Assembly: GCA_958295925.1 (NCBI GenBank)
Contig: OY282384.1
Location: forward strand, 1,572-65,571
Length of the DNA stretch: 64,000 nucleotides
Direction of reading: 5' to 3'
Origin: an uncultured Acidimicrobiales bacterium
GTDB taxonomy: Bacteria > Actinomycetota > Acidimicrobiia > Acidimicrobiales > CATQHL01
Position 1 is the first letter of the stretch. Every line of letters starts with the position of its first letter. This document shows, piece after piece, positions 62,686 through 64,000 of the stretch. Both the position numbers and the translations under genes were made by a program. The notes beneath the pieces were generated by a model, which had not been told where the DNA came from, made no database searches, and saw only the letters and a program-made list of their open reading frames with translations.

Positions 62686-64000
62686 ATGAGTAACGGCAAC
62701 AACACGGGCAACCTCAACGGCAGGCCCACCCAGGTTATCGACCACGGCATCCGCGGCAAGACCGGCCAAAAGCCCGGCGAATGGACCGAAGTCCAACCCA
62801 TCCTCCAGGTCCACGAACCCATGACCACCTTCCCGGACATCTTCTACCATCCCACGCCGGTCCAGAACTTCATCGACCAGGTCGCCAACGGCCTCTACAA
62901 GCTGATGGACGACAACATGGCCCGCCTGCGGGGCGAAAGGAATCCCCGGGCCGTCTTCGACCAGGAATGGCTCAGCCAGGTGGTGGAAAGGAGCAACCAG
63001 CAGCAGCCCGGCATCTTCGCCCACGAACTCTATTTGCCGGACGCCGGCGACGTCTTCGTCATGAACGGCGACTGGCTGCTCTGGGTCAACCCGAGCCTGA
63101 ACCTCATCGCGGTGTTTCCCAACACCCAGGACTCCCTGGACTATATCCAATCCAACCAGGACGCCCCCAAAGGTTGGCGCTTCGACGCCGCCATGGGCTG
63201 GAAACTGGCCGGCCTGGCCAACGAAGTCCATTACGCCCTGATGACCGGCATCCATGCCGGTCTGCCCAGCAGCCTCAAGCGGAACGACCGGGACCGCTAT
63301 TACCACAAGCTACTGGACGCCTACGCCCAGGTCCGATACCAGAGCCTCTTCGCCGTCAATCCGACGCCGCCCTTCAACGGCGGCGGAGAATGGGACGGCT
63401 TCACGCCCAGCCAGGAAGACCTGCCCGGCGCCCAGGCCGTCCAGGAGCTTCATGACCTCCAGGCCCGCTACCAAGTCCCGCGCGGGCACCAGAAAAGCTA
63501 CAACTTCGACTACGGCGACGTAATCGAACGATGGCTGCTGGCCGACCCCCAGGCCATCACGGAACTCCCCAGGCCCCAGCGCCGCCCGCGCTACGACCTG
63601 GACCGGGCCGCCGCCCGGGCCCAGAGCCGATTCCAGGGCCAGAAATACGGCGGCCAAATGAAAGACGCCGCCGCCTTCCGCCTTAACCTGGGCGCCGCCG
63701 GCCAGTTCATCCTGTTGACTGAGCACCAGTCCTGGTACGAATGGGTCGACGGCCATGGCGAACAGCAGTTCAGCGACGACGCCTGGCTGATCATGGACCG
63801 TCCCGGCTTGGAATCGGAATTGGACGACCTACAGGTAGACCGCCCCGGCCCGAACGTCTTCCGGCATCGGCTGACCAAGCAGGGCGAAAAGCTCGCCAAC
63901 TGCATCCGCGCGGCCTTGGGAAACATCCCAAGCGCCGCCGCCACTGACGTCCCGCCCACGCCGGTAGAGCACGCGGTAGAGCACGCGGTAGAGCACGCGG
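62686..64000 (+). CDS. hypothetical protein, family F copy 2 (runs off the window; not in the ORF track)
   Basis: GGAAGTGAAAGAAA then ATG 62686; I translated 438 codons by hand with no stop (MSNGNNTGNLNGRPTQVIDHG..VEHAVEHAVEHA). Confidence 0.65.
   Translation, partial: MSNGNNTGNLNGRPTQVIDHGIRGKTGQKPGEWTEVQPILQVHEPMTTFPDIFYHPTPVQNFIDQVANGLYKLMDDNMARLRGERNPRAVFDQEWLSQVVERSNQQQPGIFAHELYLPDAGDVFVMNGDWLLWVNPSLNLIAVFPNTQDSLDYIQSNQDAPKGWRFDAAMGWKLAGLANEVHYALMTGIHAGLPSSLKRNDRDRYYHKLLDAYAQVRYQSLFAVNPTPPFNGGGEWDGFTPSQEDLPGAQAVQELHDLQARYQVPRGHQKSYNFDYGDVIERWLLADPQAITELPRPQRRPRYDLDRAAARAQSRFQGQKYGGQMKDAAAFRLNLGAAGQFILLTEHQSWYEWVDGHGEQQFSDDAWLIMDRPGLESELDDLQVDRPGPNVFRHRLTKQGEKLANCIRAALGNIPSAAATDVPPTPVEHAVEHAVEHA
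63964..64000 (+). repeat. perfect 12-nt tandem repeat, at least 3 copies, truncated by the window end
   Basis: GTAGAGCACGCG x3 in frame (VEHA repeats). Confidence 0.9.

Noticed and set aside
1-64000. Global reassignment of TAG (alternative genetic code)
   Set aside because: Many well-supported genes end at TAG followed directly by terminators or the next SD (e.g. 3696, 4835, 5654, 6158, 6809, 11247). Recognisable genes contain no internal TAGs apart from the three ambiguous junctions reported as findings.
1-64000. Assignment to a specific named class of giant elements or to a host taxon
   Set aside because: One-strand gene bias and perfect tandem repeats are shared with several element types. 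I have no marker gene or database search to support any name, and the high GC content argues against the low-GC archaeal elements that show similar repeats.

Overview
High-GC (about 60%), very gene-dense window with about 65 protein genes. Almost all are on the + strand, with strong AGGAGG(TGA) Shine-Dalgarno sites and several ATGA stop/start overlaps. I found no rRNA, tRNA, CRISPR array, integrase, transposase, capsid/terminase or conjugation genes. The content fits a large plasmid-like or phage-like extrachromosomal element, or an accessory island. It carries its own replication module: an sRNA candidate, an iteron-rich origin-like region and a prim-pol/SF3 helicase gene (27.2-30.5 kb). It has five DNA methyltransferase domains and a Tad2/DUF2829-like anti-Thoeris gene. 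Defence-type loci include a dcm-vsr operon coupled to a dual GHKL/histidine-kinase protein and a REC-effector protein, a 1777-aa Type ISP-like nuclease-helicase-methylase followed by low-GC genes (one with a HEPN-like motif), an NTase-HEPN fusion and a DUF4258-like toxin. Most other genes have no recognisable function and occur as tandem or dispersed paralog families, labelled A-F here. Other recurring families are three minus-strand DMT/EamA-like transporters (one decayed) and a 7.7-kb cluster of coiled-coil proteins with a conserved AWLGGG glycine-rich hydrophobic core. Non-genic signals include strong T-depletion of the + strand regardless of gene direction, a roughly 50-nt intergenic element present at least 8 times in one orientation, perfect short tandem repeats, and several frame or stop discontinuities. 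All functional calls rest on motifs read by eye, with no database search. Coordinates I derived by hand may be off by 1-2 nt; between about 33700 and 34020 my count differed by 1 from the ORF track.
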